A stretch of DNA of 64,000 bases from contig DAOULZ010000024.1 of NCBI GenBank assembly GCA_034414575.1, positions 9,150 to 73,149 on the forward strand, written 5' to 3'. This document shows, piece after piece, positions 17,563 to 27,289 of this stretch. The stretch is from Dehalococcoidales bacterium (lineage in GTDB: Bacteria > Chloroflexota > Dehalococcoidia > Dehalococcoidales > UBA5760). The translations under genes and the position numbers were made by a program. The notes under the pieces were generated by a model. That model did no database searches, had not been told where the DNA came from, and saw nothing but the letters and a program-made list of their open reading frames with translations. Positions within the stretch are counted from its first letter, which is position 1, and every line of letters begins with the position of its first letter.

Positions 17563-18150
17563 CTACTCCTTTACTAAAGTTACCTCATATGCTTCTTGCA
17601 TGGCACCAATATTCCTCTCCGCCAGACGACCGAAACGCTCCTTGAGCGGCTCAAGTAGCGACTCTAATTTAACCACCTCGGCGGCTTTAAGTAACGCCCC
17701 GATCATAGAGGTATTGACAATCGGAACCCCGAGTAGCTCGCGGGCAATCTTGGTAGCATCAACTGTGACCACCGACCATTTGGCGCCTTTCTGCTTGATA
17801 TCGGTCGGCTTTTTGGGAGTATTAACTACCAGTATGCCGTTATCTTTGAGCCCGGAGGTCACATTGACCACGCGCAGCAGTCCCGGGTCAAATACCACGA
17901 CGATATCAGGCTCGGTAACCTCGGCTCTTACCCTGATGGGGTGCTGGCTATCTATGCGGATGAAGGCCATAACCGGGGCGCCTCGCCTCTCCGCGCCAAA
18001 GGCGGGGAAGGCCTGAGCATACTTACCCTCGTTTATGGCTGCTTGTGCCAGAAGTTCGGCCGAGGTAACTGCTCCTTGGCCGCCCCGACCGTGCAGCCTG
18101 ATCTCGATAAGCCCTGCCTTACTGGTCACTAAAGCCTCCTCAATGGTCAT
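17563..18150 (-). CDS. porG: Pyruvate:ferredoxin oxidoreductase gamma subunit
   Basis: MTIEEALVTSKAGLIEIRLHGRGGQGAVTSAELLA is a typical PorG start. The ORF-track start at 18231 runs through tRNA-Arg, so I place the start at the ATG at 18150. Confidence 0.85.
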   Translation of the reverse strand: MTIEEALVTSKAGLIEIRLHGRGGQGAVTSAELLAQAAINEGKYAQAFPAFGAERRGAPVMAFIRIDSQHPIRVRAEVTEPDIVVVFDPGLLRVVNVTSGLKDNGILVVNTPKKPTDIKQKGAKWSVVTVDATKIARELLGVPIVNTSMIGALLKAAEVVKLESLLEPLKERFGRLAERNIGAMQEAYEVTLVKE

Positions 18151-18155
18151 AAAAA

Positions 18156-18228
18156 CGCCCCTGGAGCGACTTGAACGCTCGCACCCAGCTCCGGAGGCTG
18201 GTGCTCTATCCACCTGAGCTACAGGGGC
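18156..18228 (-). tRNA. tRNA-Arg (anticodon CCG), CCA not encoded
   Basis: The reverse complement reads GCCCCTG-TA-GCTC-AGGTGGATA-GAGC-A-CCAGC-CTCCGGA-GCTGG-GTGC-GAGCG-TTCAAGT-CGCTC-CAGGGGC-G. It folds as a cloverleaf with a short 4-nt variable loop. Confidence 0.85.
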
Positions 18229-18475
18229 CACCCTATGTTAGCACTTTTGTCCATATTTGTTAAACAAACATGGCAAATCAGGCACCTGCTGCCCAGAGAA
18301 GTTCTCCCCCACATCACTAAACCACTAGCCCTGAGAACTGATCGCAGTAAAAACGAGGCTGGTGTTCTCTCCAACCTCGCTGAAACTAGCACTTATATTA
18401 GATTAACATGTTTATCCATGCCTTGGCAAGCCGATTTTAGCACATCCGTCGATAACTGTGAGGTGTATTTCGCGG

Positions 18476-18907
18476 CTAGAATCCAGGCGGGAAAATATAC
18501 TGTGTTGTTGTTCTGAGCAGCTTTCTTATTACGGCTAACTGTGGTTTATATATTGTAATTTTTCTTTGCCTCGGGATGACCTTCATATCAAGGACCTTGG
18601 CTATTACCTTCGCTTCTGTCTCCCCGGGGCACACTACCGCTATTTCATCCTGGCCGGCACTTACCTCTATCAGCATCGGCAGCAATAATGACTTTTGTTC
18701 ATCAGCATCTATTAAGCCAGCCAGATATTTTAGCTCTTTACGACTGAAAAGATGGGTGCTACCGTCCTTGCATATCACATGAGGGTACTCCTCACTCAGC
18801 AGGTCCGAGAGCGGTTTCTGCTTAATGGGTAGATGGGCATTTACTACCCTGAGCTCACTCTTCAGGCTTTCCTGAAGCAGCCTTTCATAAGGTAACTCGC
18901 CAGTCAT
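18476..18907 (-). CDS. Small conserved hypothetical protein, possibly archaeal UPF0216/DUF61-like
   Basis: 143 aa, starting 4 nt after the ATPase D-subunit stop on the same strand. The pattern HLP...PLSDLL.EE.P.V..KDGS.H.F...EL..L...LLLP....RKLL.TTT.Y.F recalls UPF0216, but this is from memory and unverified. Confidence 0.45.
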   Translation of the reverse strand: MTGELPYERLLQESLKSELRVVNAHLPIKQKPLSDLLSEEYPHVICKDGSTHLFSRKELKYLAGLIDADEQKSLLLPMLIEVSAGQDEIAVVCPGETEAKVIAKVLDMKVIPRQRKITIYKPQLAVIRKLLRTTTQYIFPPGF

Positions 18908-18911
18908 TTTC

Positions 18912-19547
18912 CTACTTCCGTTCCAGTAGTACCTTAACTCGTTTCAACCGCGACTTCTCTTCCCGGTCCCGCTCCTCAAACTTCATATACAGGTATTTTA
19001 TGGTGATGCCCAGAGCCGGGATTATCAGGTACTCCAGGGCATTGAGTATTCTCTTGGTTCGGTTTATTTCCCGGCCCAACAGTTCCAGACTCCACTGGAG
19101 TTCAGCCAGCTCAACGGTGGTCTCGAGGCATTTTTGCGATAGCTGTGCCGTCCGATCCACCCAGGAAGACGTATCAGCTAGGCTGTAACCTCTTACTCCA
19201 GGCTCGGCTTCCTTTAACTCAAAGGCTGGAATTCTCACCCCACCGATATTTCTCTGGCCGGACGCGATGCCCAAATCCCGCTCGCTAGCCGTGAGTTCCT
19301 TTTCCAGAGCGATATAGCCGTGATAGCCAGCGGCGATGGACAACGCCTTATAGTTTTCGGCAAACTCGTCCAGCAGTTTCCGCTTGGTTTCCACCGTCTG
19401 CCGGGCTATCTGCAAGAACTCCAGCATCAGGATTGACACCCGGTCCTTTATTATCTTCTGTATCTTGGTAGCCAAAGCCAGCCGGCGTCTCAGCTTTATC
19501 AGCTCGATCTTGGTTGGCCTGGTTACTTTGATAACCTGTCGCGGCAT
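18912..19547 (-). CDS. atpD: A/V-type ATPase subunit D (central stalk)
   Basis: 211 aa with N-terminus VTRPTKIELIKLRRRLALA and coiled-coil character. It follows subunit B. Confidence 0.85.
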   Translation of the reverse strand: MPRQVIKVTRPTKIELIKLRRRLALATKIQKIIKDRVSILMLEFLQIARQTVETKRKLLDEFAENYKALSIAAGYHGYIALEKELTASERDLGIASGQRNIGGVRIPAFELKEAEPGVRGYSLADTSSWVDRTAQLSQKCLETTVELAELQWSLELLGREINRTKRILNALEYLIIPALGITIKYLYMKFEERDREEKSRLKRVKVLLERK

Positions 19548-19589
19548 ACTCTACTTAAAGTCCTTTTCAATATTAGAATCTATCGCCAG

Positions 19590-20993
19590 TTAATCTTTCT
19601 TCGCGTACTTGGGGAGGTACTTCTTAATCAGTTCTTCTCTAATCAGCTTCAGGTCTTCCTCAGGCAAGGCGGAGAATAACTTCCAGCCTATGCCTAAAGT
19701 CTCCTCCACTCTCCTCTTTTCAAATGCGTCCTGAGAAATAAATTCTCTTTCAAAGCGGTCAGCATTGGTGAGGTATATTTTATCCCTCTCCCCCAATGCC
19801 TCAGCCCCGATGATGGTCGATATCTCCCGGAGGTTACACCCTTCAGCATAAGCGGCATAGAGCTGCATAAAGACATTGTTGTGGTCCTCTCTGGTCTTGC
19901 CCGGCCCGATACCTTCTTTCATCATCCGGGAAAGCGACAGGAACACATCTATAGGAGGGTATATCCCTTTTCTCTCCAGTTCCCGGGATAGGACAATCTG
20001 CCCCTCCGTTATGTAGCCGGTCAGGTCGGGAATGGGGTGGGTGATGTCATCATCGGGCATGGTCAGGATAGGCATAATGGTTACCGAGCCCTCTTTATTC
20101 AGGATTCGGCCGGCCCGCTCGTACAGCGTGGCCAGGTCGGTATACATGTAACCGGGGTAACCTCTTCGCGACGGTATTTCCTCGCGCATCGCTGAGAGCT
20201 CGCGGAGCGCCTCACAGTAATTAGTCATATCGGCCAGTATCACCAGGACGTGCATACCCTGCTTCCAAGCCAGATACTCACCGGCCGTCAGGGCGAGCTT
20301 GGGGGTTGATATTCGTTCGATAACCGGGTCGGAGGCGGTGTTAATGAAGGCCACGGTCCTTTCCCTGGCCCCGGTCTGTTCCAGCCCCTTCATGAAAAAG
20401 GCAGCGTCATCATAACTCACCCCGATGGCCGCAAATACCATGGCGAACTGCTCTTCAGTGCCCTTAACTGCTGCCTGCCTGATTATTTGCACTGCAATTC
20501 GGTTGTGAGGCAAGCCGGAACCGCTGAATATAGGTAATTTCTGCCCCCTAACCAGCGCGTTCAGGCCATCTATGGCTGAGATACCAGTCTCAATAAACTC
20601 AGCCGGGGGCATACGGCTGGCCGGGTTAATGGGCTCCCCGTTAACATCGAGGTAGTCTTCCGGGATTACCGCTGGCCCTCCGTCTATCGGCTCACCCAGG
20701 CCGTTAAAAATCCGGCCTAGAATGTCCATGGAGACCGCCAGTTTCAGCGTTTCACCCTTACAGCGTACCCGGCTCCCGACGAGGTCAACCTCACTAACAC
20801 CACCGAAGACCTGAATTACAGTTATCTCCTTACTGATGTCTATTGCCTGACCCCGCTTCACCTCACCGTTAGACAGAATGACATCGACTATCTCACCAAA
20901 TTTGATGTCAGGTATGCTCTCGGCGATTAACAGAGCGCCCTTGGTACGGCTGATCGCCTGCGTTTCTTTTACATAAAGTGAAGATGAAATCAT
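19590..20993 (-). CDS. atpB: A/V-type ATPase subunit B (non-catalytic)
   Basis: 467 aa. It shows the family blocks [15 protein letters not shown] and [33 protein letters not shown]. Confidence 0.95.
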   Translation of the reverse strand: MISSSLYVKETQAISRTKGALLIAESIPDIKFGEIVDVILSNGEVKRGQAIDISKEITVIQVFGGVSEVDLVGSRVRCKGETLKLAVSMDILGRIFNGLGEPIDGGPAVIPEDYLDVNGEPINPASRMPPAEFIETGISAIDGLNALVRGQKLPIFSGSGLPHNRIAVQIIRQAAVKGTEEQFAMVFAAIGVSYDDAAFFMKGLEQTGARERTVAFINTASDPVIERISTPKLALTAGEYLAWKQGMHVLVILADMTNYCEALRELSAMREEIPSRRGYPGYMYTDLATLYERAGRILNKEGSVTIMPILTMPDDDITHPIPDLTGYITEGQIVLSRELERKGIYPPIDVFLSLSRMMKEGIGPGKTREDHNNVFMQLYAAYAEGCNLREISTIIGAEALGERDKIYLTNADRFEREFISQDAFEKRRVEETLGIGWKLFSALPEEDLKLIREELIKKYLPKYAKKD

Positions 20994-22741
20994 GATGTGC
21001 CTCCTTTGTGGGCTACTAGGCTGGCTTCCATATCAGCCCACAGTTCCTTTATCTTCGGCTCGATATCATCGTTGGGCATATCCTTCATTCGGGATATTCG
21101 CGGCACTATAGGAGATGGGCGGATTTCAGCCACCGTTACTCCCGAATCCAGCATCTTCTGGGTCAGCTCGTAGAACCTGATTATCGTTCTCAGCATGAGT
21201 TGGGCCTTGAGGGGCACGCAATAGGTGTCAATCTCGTGGTAGGCACTCTGCGTGAGAAAATCCTCACGTATCATCCTAGTTACCAGAAGTACCAGCTTAT
21301 CGTCTTCAGGCAGGGCTTCCGGACCCACCAGCCTGACAATCTCCTCCAGCTCAGCCTCTTGTTGCAGTAGCCTTAGAGCCGTGGCCCGGGTAGTATCCCA
21401 TTCTGAACTAACCTCTGACCACCAATCTTTGACATCGTCGACGTAAAGGCTGTAGCTGGTGAGCCAGTTTATAGCCGGAAAGTGCCGCCGGTTGGCCAGT
21501 GCCGTATCCAGGGCATAGAAAGCATCTACAATGCGCAAGGTATTCTGGGTTACCGGCTCGCTAAAGTCGGCTCCTGGGGGGCTAACGGCTCCGGCCACAG
21601 TCACTGAGCCCTCTCTTTCCGGGCTACCCAGACACGCTACCCGTCCCGCCCGTTCGTAGAATGAGGAGAGCCGCGAACCAAGGTAAGCCGGGAAGCCCTC
21701 CTCGCCGGGTATCTCCTCGAGCCGGCCGCCAATCTCTCTCATCGCTTCTGCCCATCTTGAGGTTGAGTCAGCCACCAAGAGGACATCATATCCCATATCC
21801 CGGAAGTATTCCGCCAGGGTGATACCGACGAAGACACTGGCCTCACGGGCCACCACCGGCATATTGGAGGTATTGGCAATAAATACCTCCTTCTCCTGTA
21901 ACAGTCGGCCCGTGGTCGGTTCCTTGAGCTGTCTAAAGCTGTAGAGCACGTCGGCCATCTCGTTACCTCGCTCGCCGCAGCCGACGTAAATATTCAGCTG
22001 GGTCTGGGCCCATCGGGCCAGCTGCTGCAAGGCTACCGTTTTCCCGGTACCGAAACCACCCGGTATGGCTGCCTTACCGCCGAGAGCCAGGGGGAACATA
22101 TAGTCCAGAATTCTCATACCGGTAACCAGCAGCTTTGAGGGAGCAAACCGCTGCTTATAGGGTCGGGGCTTTCTTACCGGCCACTTTTGCAGCATGGTTA
22201 TGTCCTTTACTGTGCCATTGTCCTGTAACCGGGCTACCGGCTCCTCAATGGTAAACTCCCCCTTACGAATCTCTTTAATGGTGCCCTTCATGCCGACTGG
22301 CACCATGATTCGGTGTTCCAGAAGATGGGTCTCCGGAACCGTCCCCAGTATATCCCCTTCACTGACTTTATCGCCGGCCTTAACCTTCGGTGAAAACGGC
22401 CACTTTTTATCACGGGAAAGGGAGGACACCTTGGCCCCGCGCTCTATAAATGAACTCTGCTCCATGAGAACGGTCAGGGATTTCTGCAGCCCGTCGTAGA
22501 TGGAGCTGACAATCCCGGGACCTAACTCGGCGGTTAAAATCGCTCCCGTGCCCCTGATCGTCTCGCCGACCTTAAGCTCTAGGGTATCCTCATGTACCTG
22601 GATTATCGCCTTGTCTTCCTCGAGACCAATTACCTCACCGACCAGCCCTTGGCTGCCTATCTCCACGATCTCATAGACCTGAGCCCCCTTCATACCCTCG
22701 CCGATAACTAGGGGGCCGGAAATCCTCCATATTTTGCCCAT
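20990..22741 (-). CDS. atpA: A/V-type ATPase catalytic subunit A
   Basis: 583 aa with Walker [18 protein letters not shown] and the A-subunit-specific non-homologous insert. Confidence 0.95.
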   Translation of the reverse strand: MGKIWRISGPLVIGEGMKGAQVYEIVEIGSQGLVGEVIGLEEDKAIIQVHEDTLELKVGETIRGTGAILTAELGPGIVSSIYDGLQKSLTVLMEQSSFIERGAKVSSLSRDKKWPFSPKVKAGDKVSEGDILGTVPETHLLEHRIMVPVGMKGTIKEIRKGEFTIEEPVARLQDNGTVKDITMLQKWPVRKPRPYKQRFAPSKLLVTGMRILDYMFPLALGGKAAIPGGFGTGKTVALQQLARWAQTQLNIYVGCGERGNEMADVLYSFRQLKEPTTGRLLQEKEVFIANTSNMPVVAREASVFVGITLAEYFRDMGYDVLLVADSTSRWAEAMREIGGRLEEIPGEEGFPAYLGSRLSSFYERAGRVACLGSPEREGSVTVAGAVSPPGADFSEPVTQNTLRIVDAFYALDTALANRRHFPAINWLTSYSLYVDDVKDWWSEVSSEWDTTRATALRLLQQEAELEEIVRLVGPEALPEDDKLVLLVTRMIREDFLTQSAYHEIDTYCVPLKAQLMLRTIIRFYELTQKMLDSGVTVAEIRPSPIVPRISRMKDMPNDDIEPKIKELWADMEASLVAHKGGTS

Positions 22742-22766
22742 TTCTTACCACCTCCATAAAACACGC

Positions 22767-23114
22767 TTAGATTTCTATATCGAAGCCGATGAATTTTCTG
22801 ATGTAAGCCTTATAATATTGGGTGACATCTTGGTAGCGCGTACCGTATTTTGACGGTACCTCAATAACTACCGGGGGCGAAGTTTTCTTCTCTTTGGATT
22901 GAGCGACCAGGTCTTCAATGTGTCTGGCATAGTCTTCCAGTATCACGATGATGCCGATACCGGGCTCATCTATAAATTCAGTGAGAGCCTGTCTAACCTC
23001 TTCTCTATCATCACCGGTAATCACCCGATAGCGACGTACACCAGCCAGCCTCAGCTCGCTTACCAGGTCCTCGTCGCCGATAACCGCTATCTCCAGTTGT
23101 CTGATATTTACCAT
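22767..23114 (-). CDS. atpF: A/V-type ATPase subunit F
   Basis: 115 aa. The start IAVIGDEDLVSELRLAGV is typical of subunit F, and it lies between C and A. Confidence 0.8.
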   Translation of the reverse strand: MVNIRQLEIAVIGDEDLVSELRLAGVRRYRVITGDDREEVRQALTEFIDEPGIGIIVILEDYARHIEDLVAQSKEKKTSPPVVIEVPSKYGTRYQDVTQYYKAYIRKFIGFDIEI

Positions 23115-24166
23115 GCTGAGACCAGATACTCCTTTATTTCTTCTACGGGGATAGCGTCGAAGGCTGCCTTCATAATCAGCCTTAGGTTTCTTATCTCAAG
23201 TTCCTTAACGGTTAAGTACCAGGCTATCACCAATGGTGTCAGCACTCTCGGGGATAGCATCTCTCTGAGCAATCGGAACTTGTGTTTATCAATGATTTCG
23301 TTGATGACGCTAATACTTTTGGTTCTGTTATAGCCGGCGACGACTTCCTCTACTATCTCCCGGTACTGCGTCACCCCCAGCGCGCCAGGTAGGTCAGCCA
23401 GTTTATGTGACAGTAAATCCCGCGCTACTGCCTCTGAAATCATATAGCCACCGCTAATAATAGATTCACCTGCCTCCGAAACTATGCCCTCAACTATGGC
23501 TCTATTTATCAGGGCTAGATTGGCCATATCGATGATTATGCTGAAGGCTTTAGCTAGCAAAGGGCCGTCCGGCACATTCCGGGATACCTTCAGTAGGTTA
23601 TCATAATACGCCTCATCCAATTTGGCTTCAGTCAGGAATCTGGACTTCTTATCTTCCGCCGAATATTCTTTGAGAATGTCGGCGTAATTTGCCAATCTGC
23701 ATTCCCGCAACACCATGATAACATCGCCAACACTTTTGGCACCGGAAAGTACATCGAGCAGTCCCTGAATATGAATAGCGCCCACCGGCACCAGGCTAGA
23801 TTTCTTGCCCGTACTGATGCCCTGCAGCGCAGCCTTGATATTGATGACATCGTATTTCAACATGTAGGCTTTGAGCACCTGGCGCACCTCATCCGGCACC
23901 AGTTTTAGCCGCTCCAGCCGCTCGAGACACTCATTAAAGTAGTGCCACAAATACCTGTCCGAGTCGTCAAAGGTCTTAACCAGTGCCTCTTCAAGGTATC
24001 TTCCGGCCTCGGTGTCTCTAATCGTCTCCAGTACCTCACGGACGCTGGAGGCTATGTCCTGGACATTGGATATCCGTGACATTCGGTCGATATGCTCCGA
24101 GGTCAACACTTTAGACTCGGAGCCCTTCAGGTAGGCCGATACAAAGGCATATTTTGCGCTGGGCAA
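23108..24166 (-). CDS. atpC: A/V-type ATPase subunit C (d)
   Basis: 352-aa helical protein between E and F. Confidence 0.8.
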   Translation of the reverse strand: MPSAKYAFVSAYLKGSESKVLTSEHIDRMSRISNVQDIASSVREVLETIRDTEAGRYLEEALVKTFDDSDRYLWHYFNECLERLERLKLVPDEVRQVLKAYMLKYDVINIKAALQGISTGKKSSLVPVGAIHIQGLLDVLSGAKSVGDVIMVLRECRLANYADILKEYSAEDKKSRFLTEAKLDEAYYDNLLKVSRNVPDGPLLAKAFSIIIDMANLALINRAIVEGIVSEAGESIISGGYMISEAVARDLLSHKLADLPGALGVTQYREIVEEVVAGYNRTKSISVINEIIDKHKFRLLREMLSPRVLTPLVIAWYLTVKELEIRNLRLIMKAAFDAIPVEEIKEYLVSAW

Positions 24167-24183
24167 AGCTAACTCCTTTAAAT

Positions 24184-24765
24184 CTAGAAAAGCTCCTTAC
24201 CGACTTCAGGCAGTAACTTGGGGAGTAACATCTCCAGTCTGGTCTCATAGGTATTATCGATTCTGACCTTACCATCGATATCCTCGACGATAACACCTCC
24301 CATACTGCCGTGCTCCTTGACTTCCTCAATCTTACCGGCTAATTCCTTGTCCTTCTCCACGAGCTTCTGCACCGTGGTCAAATCCTTGGCTGAGACGTAG
24401 AGCCGTCCCTTACTGACTCCGAGGGTATCAATAGCTTCCTTAATCAGGCCGGTGAGGGAGCTTTTATCGCTGGGGCTTGAGGCCAGCTTCTTTTTTGCCC
24501 GACTGATTATCTCACTAATTACCTCATCTTTGGCTCGGGCCAGCTCCTGGCGTGCCTTGACTAGGGCTTGAGCCTCAATACGGGTAGCCTCATCCTTGGC
24601 TTGCTGGAGCATCCTGGCCTTCTCCTCCTCCAGTCTGGCTCCCTGCTGCTTTTTCGCTTCCTCTATTTCTTGCTTTGCCCTATCCTCGGCATCCTTTATG
24701 ATGTCATTCGCTTCGGCCTTTACCTTATCCAGGATAGCTTCACCTATTTTCTCCATTCCTGCCAT
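24184..24765 (-). CDS. atpE: A/V-type ATPase subunit E (peripheral stalk)
   Basis: 193 aa with an N-terminal charged coiled coil and a C-terminal globular part (GGVIVEDIDGKVRIDNTYETRLE). Confidence 0.85.
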   Translation of the reverse strand: MAGMEKIGEAILDKVKAEANDIIKDAEDRAKQEIEEAKKQQGARLEEEKARMLQQAKDEATRIEAQALVKARQELARAKDEVISEIISRAKKKLASSPSDKSSLTGLIKEAIDTLGVSKGRLYVSAKDLTTVQKLVEKDKELAGKIEEVKEHGSMGGVIVEDIDGKVRIDNTYETRLEMLLPKLLPEVGKELF

Positions 24766-24774
24766 ACGACACCC

Positions 24775-25245
24775 CTACATAAGTCCGTGTAAATTCAGTG
24801 CCATTATCGAGAACACCAGGCCCAAGACTCCGATGAGCTCGACAAACACGGCTAACATTACGGCATTGGTAAATATCTGCCCCTTGGTCTTGGGTAGTAG
24901 CGAGATACCGGAGGCGCACACGTTGCCCTGGTGTATGGCCGATAAACACTCCGCCGCTGCGGTCATCAGCCCGATAGCAAGCACGGCAAAACCGGCACCG
25001 CCGGTCTCTGGCAGCTTCGGCACCACCGTATTTAAAATGATGATCATCACGATGAGTCCGTAGAAGGTCTGTGTCATCGGCAGCGATGCCAAGATGATGA
25101 CGTTTCGGAATTGCCCTCGGTCTTCCGACAGGGTGGCCGCCCCTGCCGAGGCCGCGGTAGCGATGCCTATGGCCGAGCCCAGCAAGCCTCCGCCCAGGGC
25201 AATGGCACCGCCCAGAACCGCTAACGAACTTGGTTCAACTAACAT
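24775..25245 (-). CDS. atpK: A/V-type ATPase proteolipid subunit K (duplicated 4-TM c subunit)
   Basis: 156 aa with 4 TM segments and a single essential carboxylate, E136. The LPMTQ and HQG motifs are discussed in findings. Confidence 0.9.
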   Translation of the reverse strand: MLVEPSSLAVLGGAIALGGGLLGSAIGIATAASAGAATLSEDRGQFRNVIILASLPMTQTFYGLIVMIIILNTVVPKLPETGGAGFAVLAIGLMTAAAECLSAIHQGNVCASGISLLPKTKGQIFTNAVMLAVFVELIGVLGLVFSIMALNLHGLM

Positions 25246-25264
25246 TTTTGGCCTCTCCTTTCTA

Positions 25265-27289
25265 TCATGGTTTTTCCCCGACTAGCATTGATGCCCGCTT
25301 CCTTAGTCTAAACGGGCTATAGTGTATCCCACCCCCCTCATAGAACTTGATGAGGAATTCGACAAAGCACAGCCTGAGGGAGTGGACAAAACCGGTAAGA
25401 AAGCCGAGCAGCAGATTGATGGCATGCCCCAAGATGATAATGACAACGGCTAGAATGCCCCCCACCACCATGCCGGCAACCCCGGAAAGCGGTATCATAC
25501 CAGAGATGACACGTGCCAGGATATTGAACGCCTGACCCAGGTAGAAGGTTGCCAGGCCTACCCCGGCTAGTCTGGAGTAAGACATGGCATCACCCAGTAG
25601 ACCGGTGATATCAAATACCCCGAGTAAAGCCCCGATGCCGCCGCGTTCTTTATAAGCGCCAAAGACTATCAGGGCGACGCCGGCAAACGTACCGTACATC
25701 GCCACGTTGTAGACCACGGGAGCCACCGCCGGAAATGTCATAATATGGTCGAGCACAGACGGGATGTCGATATTCATCAAAGCCCGCAGCAGCCAGAAAG
25801 CCCCAAACTGAATGACTAGCAGGCCAACCTTATTGATTACCGCCCCCTGGTTTTTCTCCTTTACTGCCTTGATTAGAGCGGTTATGTGGGCAATGTTAAT
25901 ATGTACCCAGCCGATAAAGATGGCCAGTATGATGAACGATAGCGGAGACTGCAGCAACTGCTCAACGCCGGCGGCCAACCCCAGGCTCTCAAAGCCGAAG
26001 AAGACATAGACATCACCGAAATAGTTACCGGCTAATAGCCCCAGAACCAGAGCCACCCCGCTGGAGATATAGATTAACCTCTGAAACAGCTTAAAGCCCT
26101 CGGAACCGCCGCCACCGAGCAGCCTCCCCATCAGGAATCTAGCGAACAGCATAAGACCAATAGCATAGCCTACATCGGCGATCATCAGGCCAAAAAAGGT
26201 GGCGAAGGAATAGGCTACTATCGGGGTTGGATCCCATTCTCTATATTTAGGGGTAGCAAACAGGTTGACCACAGTCTGGAATGGTCTCAGTGCGGCCGGG
26301 TTCCTGAGCTTGGTGGGCGGTTCCTCTGATGGCTCCGGCTTTCTGGTATCAATAAACACGTAGTCGATATTCGTCTTAAGTTCAGCGGTTACCGACTCGA
26401 CATCACTGTCTGGAATCCAGCCTTCAATCAGGGTTACATATTTGGCCTCGCTGGCTCTAGCCAAGACCGATAGCCTTTGGTTTTCGGCGACTAAGACACC
26501 TCTCAGCAGGGCAATCCTTCGTAATTCTTCCTTGGACCGGCTGCGGAGCCCTTCATAAAGTTCGGCTAGTCTTTCCTCAAGCTCGTGAAGCCTGCTCTCA
26601 GTCTTTTTGAGGAATTCCCTTAGCGTTAAATCCTCTTCGGGTATGGGCAAGCTCTCACCTCCAGCACCACCAATCAAAGACTCTACGGTTTCCAGGCTCT
26701 CCATCTTGCCAAGAGCGTAGAGAACGGTTTCCTTCTCTACTGTAGCCGTAGTGCTTTCAAACAAGTATCTTTTCAGCTCATCGTGTAGACTGTCGTATCC
26801 CTCGTTGGGCAGCACAAAAACCCTTGAGAAGAGGTAGTTCCCGGAAAAGTGTAGGTCTTTTAATCTGACGTCAAGTTGCTGGGTAAGGGCTCCAAGGTAG
26901 GTTTGCTGTTCGGTTAGTTCCTCAATTTCCTTATCGATTCTGGTGGTCTTTTCGTGCAGTTCGGCAAAGTCGGCATAGAGTGACCTTACTTCTCTGGTAA
27001 CCTCGCCAAAGGGTCGGGTGTAGATAACCTCAACATCCTCCCCCAGCTCAACCTGCTCTTTTTCGGCGATGTAGCTTAGCATGCTACTCACGAAGGCTCG
27101 TAGCTCGGCTACTTCCTTTTGTTGATTTTCAATCGCCTCCCTATCTATCGGCGCTAATTCTTTGCCCTCCTCAACATGAAGTACCCCGACCTTATGCAAA
27201 GTCTTAAGGGCCGGTTCGGAGTAATCCCTTAGCGTGATCACTCTAACCCTGGTCATCGATTCAGGAACGTTGAGGATTACTGGCTTCAT
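25265..27289 (-). CDS. atpI: A/V-type ATPase subunit I (a)
   Basis: 674 aa with an N-terminal cytoplasmic coiled-coil half and a C-terminal polytopic half containing SYSRLAGVGLA (the conserved Arg region). Confidence 0.9.
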   Translation of the reverse strand: MKPVILNVPESMTRVRVITLRDYSEPALKTLHKVGVLHVEEGKELAPIDREAIENQQKEVAELRAFVSSMLSYIAEKEQVELGEDVEVIYTRPFGEVTREVRSLYADFAELHEKTTRIDKEIEELTEQQTYLGALTQQLDVRLKDLHFSGNYLFSRVFVLPNEGYDSLHDELKRYLFESTTATVEKETVLYALGKMESLETVESLIGGAGGESLPIPEEDLTLREFLKKTESRLHELEERLAELYEGLRSRSKEELRRIALLRGVLVAENQRLSVLARASEAKYVTLIEGWIPDSDVESVTAELKTNIDYVFIDTRKPEPSEEPPTKLRNPAALRPFQTVVNLFATPKYREWDPTPIVAYSFATFFGLMIADVGYAIGLMLFARFLMGRLLGGGGSEGFKLFQRLIYISSGVALVLGLLAGNYFGDVYVFFGFESLGLAAGVEQLLQSPLSFIILAIFIGWVHINIAHITALIKAVKEKNQGAVINKVGLLVIQFGAFWLLRALMNIDIPSVLDHIMTFPAVAPVVYNVAMYGTFAGVALIVFGAYKERGGIGALLGVFDITGLLGDAMSYSRLAGVGLATFYLGQAFNILARVISGMIPLSGVAGMVVGGILAVVIIILGHAINLLLGFLTGFVHSLRLCFVEFLIKFYEGGGIHYSPFRLRKRASMLVGEKP

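Noticed and set aside
17563-18231. ORF-track version of porG extending 27 codons upstream (MAPVAQVDRAPASGAGCERSSRSRGVF...).
   Set aside because: The extension is the translation of tRNA-Arg (18156-18228). The canonical PorG N-terminus begins at the ATG at 18150.
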